Origin: a virus
IMG/VR virus record: IMGVR_UViG_3300014202_001519
Strand: one strand, 5' to 3'
DNA: 64,000 bases
Shown: positions 9,770-19,592 of the stretch, piece by piece
Numbering within the stretch: position 1 is the first letter of the stretch
How the letters are laid out: every line of letters begins with the position of its first letter
Translations under genes and position numbers: made by a program
The notes under the pieces: model-generated
Databases searched by the model: none
Told to the model about the DNA's origin: nothing
What the model saw: the letters and a program-made list of their open reading frames with translations, nothing else

Positions 9770-10148
9770 CAGGTATATCCGACGTAGCCTTATAGAACCT
9801 TTTCAAGATAGTAGCGAAGCCATCTGCGATGTTATTAATTATTTCATCTTGCATACGGGTAATAATGTCTACGCACGGCCCGAAACTATCTTCACCTGGC
9901 TTTTGATTCAGAGAACCAAAGAAGACTTCAAACCATCGTTCATCGTGCAATCCAGCACCCGCCCAACCGTGGTCTGGATGTGACCGTTTGAATGGGAAAG
10001 ATGGCTTCCCTGGAAACTTGACAAACCAACATGCCTTCTGATAGTCTATCGTGGCCCCAATGTCGCCAAGGTAGTCTTCAAGAATTAACTTCAATTGTTC
10101 CAGAGTCGGCTTTTCATGGTGAAATATAACAAAACGGTCAAGTCCCAT
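9759..10148 (-). CDS. hypothetical protein
   Basis: Overlapping ORF in packed run. Confidence 0.6.
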   Translation of the reverse strand: MGLDRFVIFHHEKPTLEQLKLILEDYLGDIGATIDYQKACWFVKFPGKPSFPFKRSHPDHGWAGAGLHDERWFEVFFGSLNQKPGEDSFGPCVDIITRMQDEIINNIADGFATILKRFYKATSDIPDEK

Positions 10149-10353
10149 CGCGTTTTTCCTTGTATGCTTTTGTTTTATTGTAGACTTCCCTGGCTATACT
10201 TCCAGCGGTAAACTGATAGCTAGGAATGTTGTGTAATTCCTTGATGGTTTCCAACGCACAAACACCGCAAACATTTCTGTAAGCACCATTTACGCACAGC
10301 GGTTGTACCAGATCGTCAGGGAGTTTTTCCTCGCATTTACTGCACAGGAGCAT
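10138..10353 (-). CDS. small Zn-finger hypothetical protein
   Basis: CSKC...CGVC. Confidence 0.55.
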   Translation of the reverse strand: MLLCSKCEEKLPDDLVQPLCVNGAYRNVCGVCALETIKELHNIPSYQFTAGSIAREVYNKTKAYKEKRDGT

Positions 10354-10543
10354 TTGATTCCATATCCTTTAAAAGTTGTTGTAGAACTTCCTTTGGAATA
10401 TGAACTTCCAACCACCATGCTAGATTTTTCTTATCGTCCAGGCGCAGCGTTACGCCGTCTTCATGGACGTTAAAATCGGATACGATGTTCTCGGAGTCAA
10501 ACCGAGCTTCCCCAAGGTGCCGACCGTTGACGTGCAGTTTCAT
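10337..10543 (-). CDS. hypothetical protein
   Basis: ATGA overlap with SpoU stop; GAGG SD. Confidence 0.55.
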   Translation of the reverse strand: MKLHVNGRHLGEARFDSENIVSDFNVHEDGVTLRLDDKKNLAWWLEVHIPKEVLQQLLKDMESNAPVQ

Positions 10544-11133
10544 TGGAAAATGTCCTCATATTCTGATTCGATAAAGCCACGCTGTTCCTTGAGAATTTCG
10601 TCCATTGGACGATTAGGCTCTAAGCCATCAGCGATTCTCTTGGAGAAACGGTCATATAGAATCAAGTATACAGCCGCTGACAAATTGACGCAGTGTGCAG
10701 TTGGAATTACTACAAACCGATGGCAATGCCGTAGCATTACTTGCTCAATGGAACCATCTTCTGGCCCAAAGACATAGAGTGGATTTTCAGGGTGGATAAA
10801 GTTTGGAAGTTGTTCCGCATTTTGTCTTAATTCCACCGCAACAGGGGTAACGTCACGGTCGAATTGCTCAAAGAAATAGTCGAAATTTCTTAGCTCAACT
10901 TCGCTGTAACCCTTCATGCGTTCTTCGCGGGGAAGGCGATAACCCTTTGCCTTATCAGCCTTTAGAGGGACGCGGTTGCCGCTGAACCATAGCTGTTTAA
11001 TACCAAAGCATGAACAGGCCCGTAGTGCCGCCCCGACATTATGGGGATACTTTGGATTGCATAGGGCAACAGCAGGAGCTACACCTTCTTTGGTTTTATT
11101 TTTGCCCCATATAGCGGTTTCAATTTGACTCAT
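10540..11133 (-). CDS. SpoU/TrmH-family (SPOUT) RNA methyltransferase
   Basis: NPKYPHNVGAALRAC, YVFGPEDG, VVIP...CVNLSAA; start trimmed to MSQIET. Confidence 0.9.
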   Translation of the reverse strand: MSQIETAIWGKNKTKEGVAPAVALCNPKYPHNVGAALRACSCFGIKQLWFSGNRVPLKADKAKGYRLPREERMKGYSEVELRNFDYFFEQFDRDVTPVAVELRQNAEQLPNFIHPENPLYVFGPEDGSIEQVMLRHCHRFVVIPTAHCVNLSAAVYLILYDRFSKRIADGLEPNRPMDEILKEQRGFIESEYEDIFQ

Positions 11134-11312
11134 GATGTTTCTTCTTATAAAAGTGGACAATATAATCTGGCGAATCACCAGCATAATAGCATCCACTTGT
11201 ATCAATTTCAAGTTCAAAATGCGTAGCACCAGCAGGAATTTCGCTATTAGAGTCCCTGTCAAGCGTGATGCTGGCTACCTTTTCATATTCTTTGTCCATA
11301 AGTCTCCATTAT

Positions 11313-11340
11313 AAAAGGGGGCTATTTCTAGCCCCCTTTT
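11313..11340. terminator. intrinsic terminator (bidirectional-type)
   Basis: AAAAGGGGGCTA-tttc-TAGCCCCCTTTT immediately after sigma gene stop. Confidence 0.85.
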
Positions 11341-11344
11341 AGGG

Positions 11345-12409
11345 TTACTTGCGCTGATCTTCATTGACGGCGTGTTCAGCGCTCCATTCATCGAAGAACT
11401 TATCCACCGCTGGATTTTCTACAGGCGGGTCCGAAGGATCAAGGAATGCTTCCTTAATCTTGTTCTTAGCACGCTCCAGCGTGTATTGAACATTTTGCCG
11501 TGTGAAGCGTTCGCCAGTACGAGGGTTGACATGCTTGCTGGCAATATCTTCCTTCCAACCATGATAAGGGAAGATTTCACCGAACACACACGCCATCTCG
11601 AAAGCGTTCAGGTTAGCATCCTTCATCGCTTGCCGTGCTTCCGTGCGGATAAAGAATGTTTCCTTGAAGTCCCTATCAACGCCACGGCGATTGGAAGTAT
11701 AATCGTCAGCATGAGTCTCTTGACGAGACGGAACGCCAGCGATTATCCCGCCACCAGAGGACCACTGTTCATTAATCACCTTAGTAGCGGAGCGGAAGAA
11801 CACTTCGCTTTCTTCGCTGCTGAACCCCAGCACTTCCACCGCTTGTTCATCGGAGATTTCAGCATCCTTATTCTGAACCTCCTTGACACGACGAATGAGG
11901 TCAATCGCCTCATTCGTCAGCGGGCAGAGCGGATTAAGACGGTTCACCGCGTCGAAGATACGACGCCGAATGCACTGCCAAATATAGGTGAACAGCTTAA
12001 TCTTAGTGTCGGTGTAGCCATAGATGCCATCCAAGACGGCAATATCGCCTTCCTGAATGAACTCTTCTTTGGCATTAGCTGAATCATAGTTGTTGCGTGC
12101 AGCCAGCCATGCTTGCTGGGCAATCAGTCGAGTGAAATTGCCGCGCACAGCAGCTTCGCACTTATCACGAACGGCGAAGATTAGTGGCTTAGCAGCTTCC
12201 AACTTAGCAAGCTGTTCGGCGGATAGACCACTAAGGTCCAGCCGATTGTTAAAGAGCTTGCCACGAAATTCACGTTGGTTAAGGCCCATCATTTCCGCGC
12301 ATTCCTTTAGTGCGGTATTGCCGATGGACATAATCTGACAGACTTCCTCCATTTGAGTCTTATTCAGACGGGTTCCCTTTTGGACAGTGTGGAAACGATT
12401 GCCAGGCAT
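11345..12409 (-). CDS. sigma70-family-like RNA polymerase sigma factor (divergent)
   Basis: Region 2-like EEFIQEGDIAVLDGI...LFTYIWQCIRRRI; region 4-like TRQNVQYTLERAKNKIK. Confidence 0.75.
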   Translation of the reverse strand: MPGNRFHTVQKGTRLNKTQMEEVCQIMSIGNTALKECAEMMGLNQREFRGKLFNNRLDLSGLSAEQLAKLEAAKPLIFAVRDKCEAAVRGNFTRLIAQQAWLAARNNYDSANAKEEFIQEGDIAVLDGIYGYTDTKIKLFTYIWQCIRRRIFDAVNRLNPLCPLTNEAIDLIRRVKEVQNKDAEISDEQAVEVLGFSSEESEVFFRSATKVINEQWSSGGGIIAGVPSRQETHADDYTSNRRGVDRDFKETFFIRTEARQAMKDANLNAFEMACVFGEIFPYHGWKEDIASKHVNPRTGERFTRQNVQYTLERAKNKIKEAFLDPSDPPVENPAVDKFFDEWSAEHAVNEDQRK

Positions 12410-12457
12410 TGAGTCCTACCTTCTTGGTTTTTGGTTTTGGGTTGGGTTTGATCTACT

Positions 12458-12473
12458 TGGTACAATTGCAATT
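12458..12473 (-). promoter_or_regulatory. recurrent motif AATTGCAATTGTACCA (copy 2)
   Basis: Intergenic, upstream of sigma gene. Confidence 0.6.
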
Positions 12474-12485
12474 CCCTGACACCAC

Positions 12486-12818
12486 TTAACGTGGCAGGTT
12501 CGGTTGCGTCCGCTTTTGAAGCCACTCATTGACTTCTTCGGCGGTTAATTGCCAAGTAGACCCTTTTTCTTTAGGCAAACCAGCGATCACTGAGTTTTTG
12601 AAGTCTTGATATAGACGCTCAGCGGTCACTTCGTCAGTCACTTCCAGCAGAATCCCCAGCGCAAGTTGCGCAGGGCCAGAACCACAGTAGCCCCAGGCAA
12701 AGCCATCTGGTGAGTGATTCCGAATTTTCAAAGAGCGTGCAGGGGAAAAGGTTTCCCCGTCCACCCAAGTCTGATACCAGTTGTCTGAGTCAAACTGGCC
12801 CGAAAAGACCATCTTCAT
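12486..12818 (-). CDS. DUF6166-like protein
   Basis: RNHSPDGFAWGYCGSGPAQLALGIL...YQDFK; AAGGAGG SD favours start 12818/12812. Confidence 0.75.
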   Translation of the reverse strand: MKMVFSGQFDSDNWYQTWVDGETFSPARSLKIRNHSPDGFAWGYCGSGPAQLALGILLEVTDEVTAERLYQDFKNSVIAGLPKEKGSTWQLTAEEVNEWLQKRTQPNLPR

Positions 12819-12825
12819 CCTCCTT

Positions 12826-12853
12826 AACCTACTACTGAAACACGTTTTGTCAA
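12826..12853 (-). promoter_or_regulatory. sigma70-type promoter TTGACA-N16-TAGGTT
   Basis: Same geometry as the other N16 promoters. Confidence 0.55.
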
Positions 12854-12901
12854 AGGAATACGCTACAACCAGCGATTTTTTCACCGATTTCACTTTTTCA
12901 C

Positions 12902-12917
12902 TGGTACAATCGCAATT
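12902..12917 (-). promoter_or_regulatory. recurrent motif AATTGCGATTGTACCA (copy 3, 1 mismatch)
   Basis: Divergent intergenic region. Confidence 0.55.
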
Positions 12918-12969
12918 CTTTATCTTGGCTAAGCTATAAATTTTAACCGTTTGAAGATATATAAATTTA

Positions 12970-13458
12970 ATGGCACTTACAGCAAAATGGATTTACACGG
13001 CTAATCAGGCGGCAACTATTACCATAGCTAGTTTAGCTAATTTTGGATTAGCTATATCGAATGCTATTGATAATTCGACAACTGGATACATGGCGTTAGA
13101 CCTTCAAATACAAGTTAGAACAGGTGGCACAGTCGCCGCAGGTGGCCTATACGATAGTGCGGGAGTTGGGGTTTACCTATTAAGAACCACCGATGGTAGC
13201 ACTACTGGAGTCTTTGACACAGTGTTAGGCCCAGGACAGTCAATTGTAAGTGCCGCTACTATAAAAGCCAACAATCCTGAATTACTGGCTATAATTTATA
13301 CTCCCGCCACAGCCACAACTTATAGAGGAAGTGCTAGGATTGAGAATATCCCAGCGGTATTTAAGTTAATGTTATATAATGCAACGGGCGGCGCATTAGA
13401 TTCCACAGGCAGCAATCATTACATTAAGTATGCTAGCAAACATTTACAAGTAGTTTAA
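12970..13458 (+). CDS. putative virion structural protein (paralog 1)
   Basis: T/A/G-rich; strongly similar to next gene (ANQ..TIT.ASLAN...SNAIDNST.G; LDSTGSNHYIKY). Confidence 0.7.
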   Translation: MALTAKWIYTANQAATITIASLANFGLAISNAIDNSTTGYMALDLQIQVRTGGTVAAGGLYDSAGVGVYLLRTTDGSTTGVFDTVLGPGQSIVSAATIKANNPELLAIIYTPATATTYRGSARIENIPAVFKLMLYNATGGALDSTGSNHYIKYASKHLQVV

Positions 13459-13466
13459 GGAGAAGT

Positions 13467-13892
13467 ATGCCAACAGGTAAGCAAGTTTATACAGCTAATC
13501 AAACCGTCACAATCACACTAGCGAGTTTGGCTAATGGTGGCACAGCGGTTTCTAACGCTATAGATAATTCAACCGATGGTTTTTTATCGGCAGAGTTTCA
13601 AATAAGAGTAAGGACTGGAACTGTAGCTGGTACTCCGACTGTATCTGTTTATCTTCTAAGATCAGTTGACGGCGGCACCGATTACGATGACTCCACCAAT
13701 GTTAATAATCCAGAATTAATGAGACAGATAAGTACGCCAGTTGCCACAACTACTTATACCAGTAGTGTAAGGGTTGAGTCTCTGCCACAATATTTCAAGA
13801 TCATGGTTGTTAATAACACAGGTGGAACATTAGATTCCACAGGCAGTAATCATTATATCAAGTATTGTGCTAAAACCATCCAAATCGCATAA
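13467..13892 (+). CDS. putative virion structural protein (paralog 2)
   Basis: AAGGAG SD; paralog of flanking genes. Confidence 0.7.
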   Translation: MPTGKQVYTANQTVTITLASLANGGTAVSNAIDNSTDGFLSAEFQIRVRTGTVAGTPTVSVYLLRSVDGGTDYDDSTNVNNPELMRQISTPVATTTYTSSVRVESLPQYFKIMVVNNTGGTLDSTGSNHYIKYCAKTIQIA

Positions 13893-13901
13893 AGGGGAAT
13901 C

Positions 13902-16112
13902 GTGGCTGTCACAGGAATACAAAGTTTTACATCCAATATTGATTTGAGTATCAACCTAAATGGTTTGGCTAATCTAGCTACCGCTGTATCCGATGCTTAT
14001 GATAATACTACCACAGGTTTTATGACAATGGAGGTGCAGTTCTCTGTAACTATTCCTTTAACTGGCGGTGTGGCAACAAGCCGAACTCCATATATTTATC
14101 TATACCTATTGAAAAGTGTTGACGGCGGCACAACTTATGATGACGCCGACATTAACAATGCCGAATTATTGAGAGTTCAGTGGACAAGAGCAGCAAGTAC
14201 AAATGCCTCAAACCAATATTTCGGAAGTGTGTTGGTAGACTCGGTTCCACAGTTTTTCAAGTTCATGATTTATAATGCAACTGGAGATGTAATATGTATA
14301 GCTCGCCCCAAAGCTATCACAAGTGGTCCCGATGGTAATTTGTGGGTCAATGACGGTTATGAACAAAGATTATGGAAGGTTACAACAGCAGGGGCTATCA
14401 GTTGGCATAACAGCCAGGATGCCGTGACTTTTGGAATAACGATCCCGCCAAGTGCATCAACCAATGTAACCTTGGGGGATATAACAGTTGGTTCGGATGG
14501 TAATTTATGGGTTTCAGACTTCTACAGTTTTAGGTTGTGGGAAGTCACAACCACTCCAGCTTTTACAGGCTATGCACCTATTGCATCACACCCGATTAGC
14601 GTCTGTGACGGTACAGCCATAGACGGCAATGTTTGGACATGTGATGAACTTGGATATGTTTGGAAGGTAACTACCGCTGGCGCAGCTACCCCTTATTTAT
14701 TATCACTAGCCGCACCACTTTCAGGTATTTGCACTGGTTCCGATGGTAATTTTTGGGTCTGTGCTAGAGATGGTTATGTCTGGCAAGTAACTCCTGCTGG
14801 CACCGCAACCGCATATTTAATAGGCGGAATTTTAACAGGAATTTGTGATGGCTGGGACGGTAATTTATGGGCGGCTGATGCTACTGGTTTTATATGGAGT
14901 ATCACAACGGGTGGCTCTGGAACATCATACGCATTAACTGGTGGTACTCCTACAGGTATTTGCCGTGGTTCAGACTTTAATCATTGGCTTTCCGATCCCG
15001 CCGCGAGTGGTCAAGTGTGGCAAGTCACAACTGGTGGAGTTGCAACCGCATTTTCATTAGGCTCTCTTGCAATACCAACAGGCATCACAAACGGCCCTGA
15101 TGCTAATTTGTGGGTTTCTGACATAATTGGCAAAGTATGGAAAGTCACAACAGCGGGAACTCCAACATCATATACGTTGGCAGTGTCAAATTGTGAACCA
15201 ATGGGTATTTGTGAAGGCCCAATTGATGGCCATGTTTGGGTAGCAGATGCAGGTGGAGCTTCATTGGGCAAAGTATGGAAAGTAGATATGTCAGGTGTGC
15301 CAACGGTATATTTCCTTGGATCAGCACCATATGGTTATGGCACTCCGCGATCAGTTACACGTTGTTTGGGCGATTTTAAGATGTATGTTGCTGATTATGC
15401 AAACCATATAATGCAAGTCACAACCGCTGGGGCAGTGACACAATTCAATCTTATACCATTTGTGAATCCTAAAACGTTATGTGAAACATCCGACAGTAAT
15501 CTGTGGTTGGCTGATGGCATTGGAGATTATATTTGGAAGATTGACATAACGACTGGTTTACCAATATGGTATCTCCAATTACCTAGTGCTATTATATGGG
15601 ACATTTGCCTTGGTCCAGATGGCAATTTATGGGTTGCTGATGGTAATAGTCAAGTGTGGCAAGTCACAAATGCTGGTGTCGCTACTGCATACTCACTACC
15701 ATTTTCAACACCTTATGGCATTTGTAGTGGACCTGATGGTAATTTGTGGGTCGCTGACGGTGTGAGTGCGGTTTGGAAAGTCACAACTGGTGGCTCTGGA
15801 ACATCATATGCAGCGGGAGGTTTATTCCCTCGCGCTATTTGTGAAGGACCAGATGGACTTTTGTGGGTCACTGATGCTACTGATAAAGTATTCAAGATAA
15901 CCACTGGAGGGTCAATATCAGCAACTTATACTTTAACAGGAGCAAACTTGAACGACACAACAAACATTTGTGAAGGACCAGATGGGAATTTGTGGGTTAA
16001 TGATTATAATGGCAAGGTATGGAAGCTTACGACAAGTGGGGTAGGAACCCCTTACACATTGATTGTTGATACCGTTATAACTGTATCGGGGAAATATGAT
16101 ACTTATTCGTAA
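13902..16112 (+). CDS. Vgb (virginiamycin B lyase)-like beta-propeller repeat protein with paralogous N-domain; putative receptor-binding protein
   Basis: About 14 repeats P.GIC.GPDGNLWV.D...VWKVTT.G; N-terminal ~130 aa similar to the two upstream genes. Confidence 0.8.
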   Translation: MAVTGIQSFTSNIDLSINLNGLANLATAVSDAYDNTTTGFMTMEVQFSVTIPLTGGVATSRTPYIYLYLLKSVDGGTTYDDADINNAELLRVQWTRAASTNASNQYFGSVLVDSVPQFFKFMIYNATGDVICIARPKAITSGPDGNLWVNDGYEQRLWKVTTAGAISWHNSQDAVTFGITIPPSASTNVTLGDITVGSDGNLWVSDFYSFRLWEVTTTPAFTGYAPIASHPISVCDGTAIDGNVWTCDELGYVWKVTTAGAATPYLLSLAAPLSGICTGSDGNFWVCARDGYVWQVTPAGTATAYLIGGILTGICDGWDGNLWAADATGFIWSITTGGSGTSYALTGGTPTGICRGSDFNHWLSDPAASGQVWQVTTGGVATAFSLGSLAIPTGITNGPDANLWVSDIIGKVWKVTTAGTPTSYTLAVSNCEPMGICEGPIDGHVWVADAGGASLGKVWKVDMSGVPTVYFLGSAPYGYGTPRSVTRCLGDFKMYVADYANHIMQVTTAGAVTQFNLIPFVNPKTLCETSDSNLWLADGIGDYIWKIDITTGLPIWYLQLPSAIIWDICLGPDGNLWVADGNSQVWQVTNAGVATAYSLPFSTPYGICSGPDGNLWVADGVSAVWKVTTGGSGTSYAAGGLFPRAICEGPDGLLWVTDATDKVFKITTGGSISATYTLTGANLNDTTNICEGPDGNLWVNDYNGKVWKLTTSGVGTPYTLIVDTVITVSGKYDTYS

Positions 16113-16120
16113 GGAGGAAA

Positions 16121-18034
16121 ATGCCGTTAATTCGTGGTGCTAATGTAACATTCACATCTGGCAACGATAGATGTTTAGATTTCGTGACAGACGGAACTTA
16201 TATCTATAATAGCAGTGCGCCTCCAGCAGCAGCAGGAAGAGTCGTCAAAACAACAATCTCCCCTTTTGCACAGACCGCCGTTGCTACCTTAAGTGTAGAC
16301 AATGCGGTTGGTTGCACCGTTTTGGGCGGCTATGCCTTTACTACTCATTCTGACTTAGCTATAGCAGAATCTAATTCAGGATGGGTTCTTAAAGTTGATA
16401 CCGCAACAATGACCGAAGTTGATAGCATACAATTGTGGTCGCCTGGAGCTTCTAGTAAAAGGCAATCAGTTGCGATCTATAATGATGGTACTTTTCTTTA
16501 TGTTGGAAGTTCAGCATACAGCCCAGCAGGGCCAGCTTATCTTTTCACTCAAATAACCCAAATGGATACCAGTTTTGGGTCACTCACAGACGTATCATTG
16601 CCAATAAAAGGCACCACATTAGTCCCACACGTCGTAGATGGTGATGGTAGCCATGTTTATTTTGGTGTCGATGGTGCTGATGGTGTTATTGATGCTGGAA
16701 ACAACATCGTTAAATTAAGCACAAGTCCGTTTGCCTACGTCAGCAAGTGGGAGATGCCATATACGATAGGAACATGGACCAGTTTGTGTTGCATACCGCC
16801 TAAACTATATGTAGGTGTATTGCCAGCAAACCCTGATGATCCTGGTTTAATTTACCGCATCAACACAGATGATATGACTTCCGATGGAGTGGTTATTAAG
16901 CAGCAAAGTGGTGTGGGCGGAATTATATCCGCTAATGGTCTTTTATATGTTTCTAGTATATCAGGCGGAATTTTATGCTCATATGATTTAAACACATATG
17001 ATAGAGTTGGTACTATACAGTTTACTGGTGCCGCTGGCGGCGGTGGCAGTGAAGGTACTGTTGGAATATTCGGACCTAATACAAATGGCACAGTTTTGTA
17101 TTGGGGACTATACGGCACAAGTCCTGGTGGTGTTCAACAAATAAAAAATGTTTACACAGGAGCCGCATCTTCTACTTACCCACAGACAGAACAGCCGACT
17201 GTTGGGGGTGGCGGTATCAGAGGAACAAACTCCCCTAATATTCCTACAACCAGAAAGAATATTTCAATAAGAACAGGACAGAGTGGTGGTGGTGGTAGTA
17301 ACACTGGTGGTAACAACCTTCCAGGCAGTAGTTCCATTGGCATTACTTCCACCAATGCGTTTTTACAAGCATCGGCAATGGGCGATCCACACTTCTATGG
17401 TTTTGAAGGAGAAAATTGGTTCTTCAATGGTGAAGTAGGAGGTTATTACAACCTGTTCTCTGATGATGGGATTCAAATTAATTCTTTGTTCAGGTATTGG
17501 GAAACAAGTTATGCACAGAACTTCACAGCAATGGAAGAAATTGGCATCACAGTTATAATTGACAAAATACCTACCGTAAAGAGTTCTAAAAGAAATCTAA
17601 CAAAGAAGTGCAAAAGCGATTCTGTTAAAATTAGAATCACAGCAAATCATGGAGTGCTAGTCAATAATGAACAGGTTTGTGATTCTTTAGACCCAATACT
17701 TGAGTTTGTAAATGATATAAAAGAGTATTTTACTGAAAGCGAGATAGAAAAGTTTAAGCAAACAGAAGGATATGGAGAGTTTATGCAGGCTCACATTATT
17801 CGTTTCTGGCCTTATAACTTCATTATTACCAAATCCACAGATCGCGTAAATGCTCCATATCTTAACATAATTGCAAGATTGGATGGAACATCAGCAAATA
17901 GACCACACGGTATTGTTGGGCAAACCGCTGACTTCGATGGAAAGCCTAAAGAAAAATTAGATGGGGAAGAATCTGATTATAAGGTAAGCGATTTGTGGGC
18001 AAGTGATTTTAAATTCAATAAATTTAGGGGATAA
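16121..18034 (+). CDS. putative virion protein: beta-rich N-domain, Gly/Ser linker, C-terminal VWD-like domain with GDPH
   Basis: AAGGAGG SD; SAMGDPHFYGF...YNLFSD..IQIN; HGIVGQT. Confidence 0.7.
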   Translation: MPLIRGANVTFTSGNDRCLDFVTDGTYIYNSSAPPAAAGRVVKTTISPFAQTAVATLSVDNAVGCTVLGGYAFTTHSDLAIAESNSGWVLKVDTATMTEVDSIQLWSPGASSKRQSVAIYNDGTFLYVGSSAYSPAGPAYLFTQITQMDTSFGSLTDVSLPIKGTTLVPHVVDGDGSHVYFGVDGADGVIDAGNNIVKLSTSPFAYVSKWEMPYTIGTWTSLCCIPPKLYVGVLPANPDDPGLIYRINTDDMTSDGVVIKQQSGVGGIISANGLLYVSSISGGILCSYDLNTYDRVGTIQFTGAAGGGGSEGTVGIFGPNTNGTVLYWGLYGTSPGGVQQIKNVYTGAASSTYPQTEQPTVGGGGIRGTNSPNIPTTRKNISIRTGQSGGGGSNTGGNNLPGSSSIGITSTNAFLQASAMGDPHFYGFEGENWFFNGEVGGYYNLFSDDGIQINSLFRYWETSYAQNFTAMEEIGITVIIDKIPTVKSSKRNLTKKCKSDSVKIRITANHGVLVNNEQVCDSLDPILEFVNDIKEYFTESEIEKFKQTEGYGEFMQAHIIRFWPYNFIITKSTDRVNAPYLNIIARLDGTSANRPHGIVGQTADFDGKPKEKLDGEESDYKVSDLWASDFKFNKFRG

Positions 18035-18035
18035 A

Positions 18036-18320
18036 ATGGCAGCACCAATATTTAACAATTCGCCCACAAACGGATATGTAGGAGTCCCCTATTCATTCAC
18101 TTGGGATATTTCCGATGCGGCAACTGTCCAGTTAATGAGTGGGGGCACATTGCCGTCTGGATTAACCCTATCCAATAATGTTATTTCAGGAACCCCTGAA
18201 ACCCCTGGACAATATCATTTGGTAGCTTATGTCACCACAGATGAAATCGCTACCCAAGAGTTTACTATTACAATCAAACAACGCATCTTCAGGGGCACTT
18301 ATCTCCAAGAAGGTTCTTAG
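18036..18320 (+). CDS. putative Ig-like (He_PIG-type) domain protein
   Basis: VGVPYS, GTLPSGLTLS..VISGTP..PGQY. Confidence 0.7.
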   Translation: MAAPIFNNSPTNGYVGVPYSFTWDISDAATVQLMSGGTLPSGLTLSNNVISGTPETPGQYHLVAYVTTDEIATQEFTITIKQRIFRGTYLQEGS

Positions 18321-19014
18321 TCAGCTTGCGTTCATCCCAACGGCAACCCTGAATGAAATCGTGTCGCACCCACTTAAATCTGTGAAGCACTTGTTGGTCA
18401 TCACAAACTTTAATGTAAAGCCCTTCCCGCTTATCCAATGTGGAAAATAGGCTTTTTTCTTCCATGAACTTTTCCAAAAACTCATAGCTTGGCACAGCGC
18501 CAGTATGCAGTAATGGCGTAATGATGAACCCAGCTTCCGTTAGTAACTGACGTGCTAACTTCGTGTTCACAAAGCGACTCTTCTCCCAATCATATAGATC
18601 GTAAGCCATGAAATAGCCTGGAAGTGCATTATATTCAATGCCGTGCAAGGCATAGAGCCATTCACCGTAAACACTTGGCTCATAACCACATAGGTCACGA
18701 AGCTTCTCGAACTTTTCACGATTTTCGTAGAACCAATTCCAGATTGGAGCGAATTGGAGTTTGGCGGGTGTACGAAGGTGTCCAGATTTGCCTTTTTGAA
18801 GAATATTGCTGCGATTGCGGATCACAGGATTATCTTCATAGAAGGAAATTCCGCAATTTGCCCCGTCTACCTTCTCTTCGACGGTAGTATTCTCATTGCT
18901 GAGAATCACAGCACATTCTTTAGCCTCTGCGATTAAGTCCAGACGCTGAGCGTTTGGCTTATAGCATAGATGCCTAGTGCGTGGGTATTCAGGAAGTAGT
19001 TTTGTTGGGTTCAT
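18289..19014 (-). CDS. RNA ligase family protein
   Basis: YPRTRHL, EEKVDGAN, YGEWLYALHGIEY, FMAYDLYD, REGLYIK, RFKWVR. Confidence 0.85.
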   Translation of the reverse strand: MNPTKLLPEYPRTRHLCYKPNAQRLDLIAEAKECAVILSNENTTVEEKVDGANCGISFYEDNPVIRNRSNILQKGKSGHLRTPAKLQFAPIWNWFYENREKFEKLRDLCGYEPSVYGEWLYALHGIEYNALPGYFMAYDLYDWEKSRFVNTKLARQLLTEAGFIITPLLHTGAVPSYEFLEKFMEEKSLFSTLDKREGLYIKVCDDQQVLHRFKWVRHDFIQGCRWDERKLTKNLLGDKCP

Positions 19015-19020
19015 GTAGTT

Positions 19021-19048
19021 ACCATACTACAAAAACCTGAGTTGTCAA
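19021..19048 (-). promoter_or_regulatory. sigma70-type promoter TTGACA-N16-TATGGT
   Basis: -10 lies 6 nt before RNA ligase ATG (near-leaderless). Confidence 0.65.
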
Positions 19049-19061
19049 ACTAGGGATTTTA

Positions 19062-19592
19062 CTATTTTACCACGTTTGGAATAGCCTCTGCTCCAGCTAT
19101 AGTTATTTTAGGATCAGCCTCAATTATTGTGGTTGTATCCCAACGAACATCAGCCACGTCTCCTCTAGTTGTTTTAGAGTTAACCTCTGCTGTTTTAGAG
19201 GTCAACTCATTGGTTATGGAATTGCCCCAATCTACGAATTGTTTAATATAAGCAGCACGATTGTCTTGTTCATCCTTATAAGATTCCGCTAACATTGATG
19301 ACAAAATTGACATTTGTGATGCAAAATATCTGTCTTCTACAATTCTAGATGCAGTATAATTGAACTCATTAATTTTGGCTTGTTTTTCAGCAACAATTAA
19401 TACGGCATCTACCGCATCTTTTTCAGATTGATCCATCTCCGAGACAGTATCTCCAGTAATTTTCCAATATTCAACAGGGACGCCTGCAACCGTAGTTAAA
19501 TCAGGGTTGATTAACCAATCTGATTTTGGGAAGTCAGGAGTGTTTACAGATAGAAAATACTGCTTTGTAGTTCTGTTTAATACTGATGCCAT
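19062..19592 (-). CDS. putative tail-fibre assembly-like/structural protein
   Basis: SVNTPDF...WLINPDL..V.GVP..YWK; clustered with LamG gene. Confidence 0.55.
   Translation of the reverse strand: MASVLNRTTKQYFLSVNTPDFPKSDWLINPDLTTVAGVPVEYWKITGDTVSEMDQSEKDAVDAVLIVAEKQAKINEFNYTASRIVEDRYFASQMSILSSMLAESYKDEQDNRAAYIKQFVDWGNSITNELTSKTAEVNSKTTRGDVADVRWDTTTIIEADPKITIAGAEAIPNVVK

Noticed and set aside
11372-12082. 236-aa plus-strand ORF
   Set aside because: Antisense shadow of the sigma-like gene; no motifs or SD.
13902-16112. Virginiamycin B lyase (antibiotic resistance)
   Set aside because: Only the propeller repeat is shared; the structural N-domain and operon context point to a virion protein.
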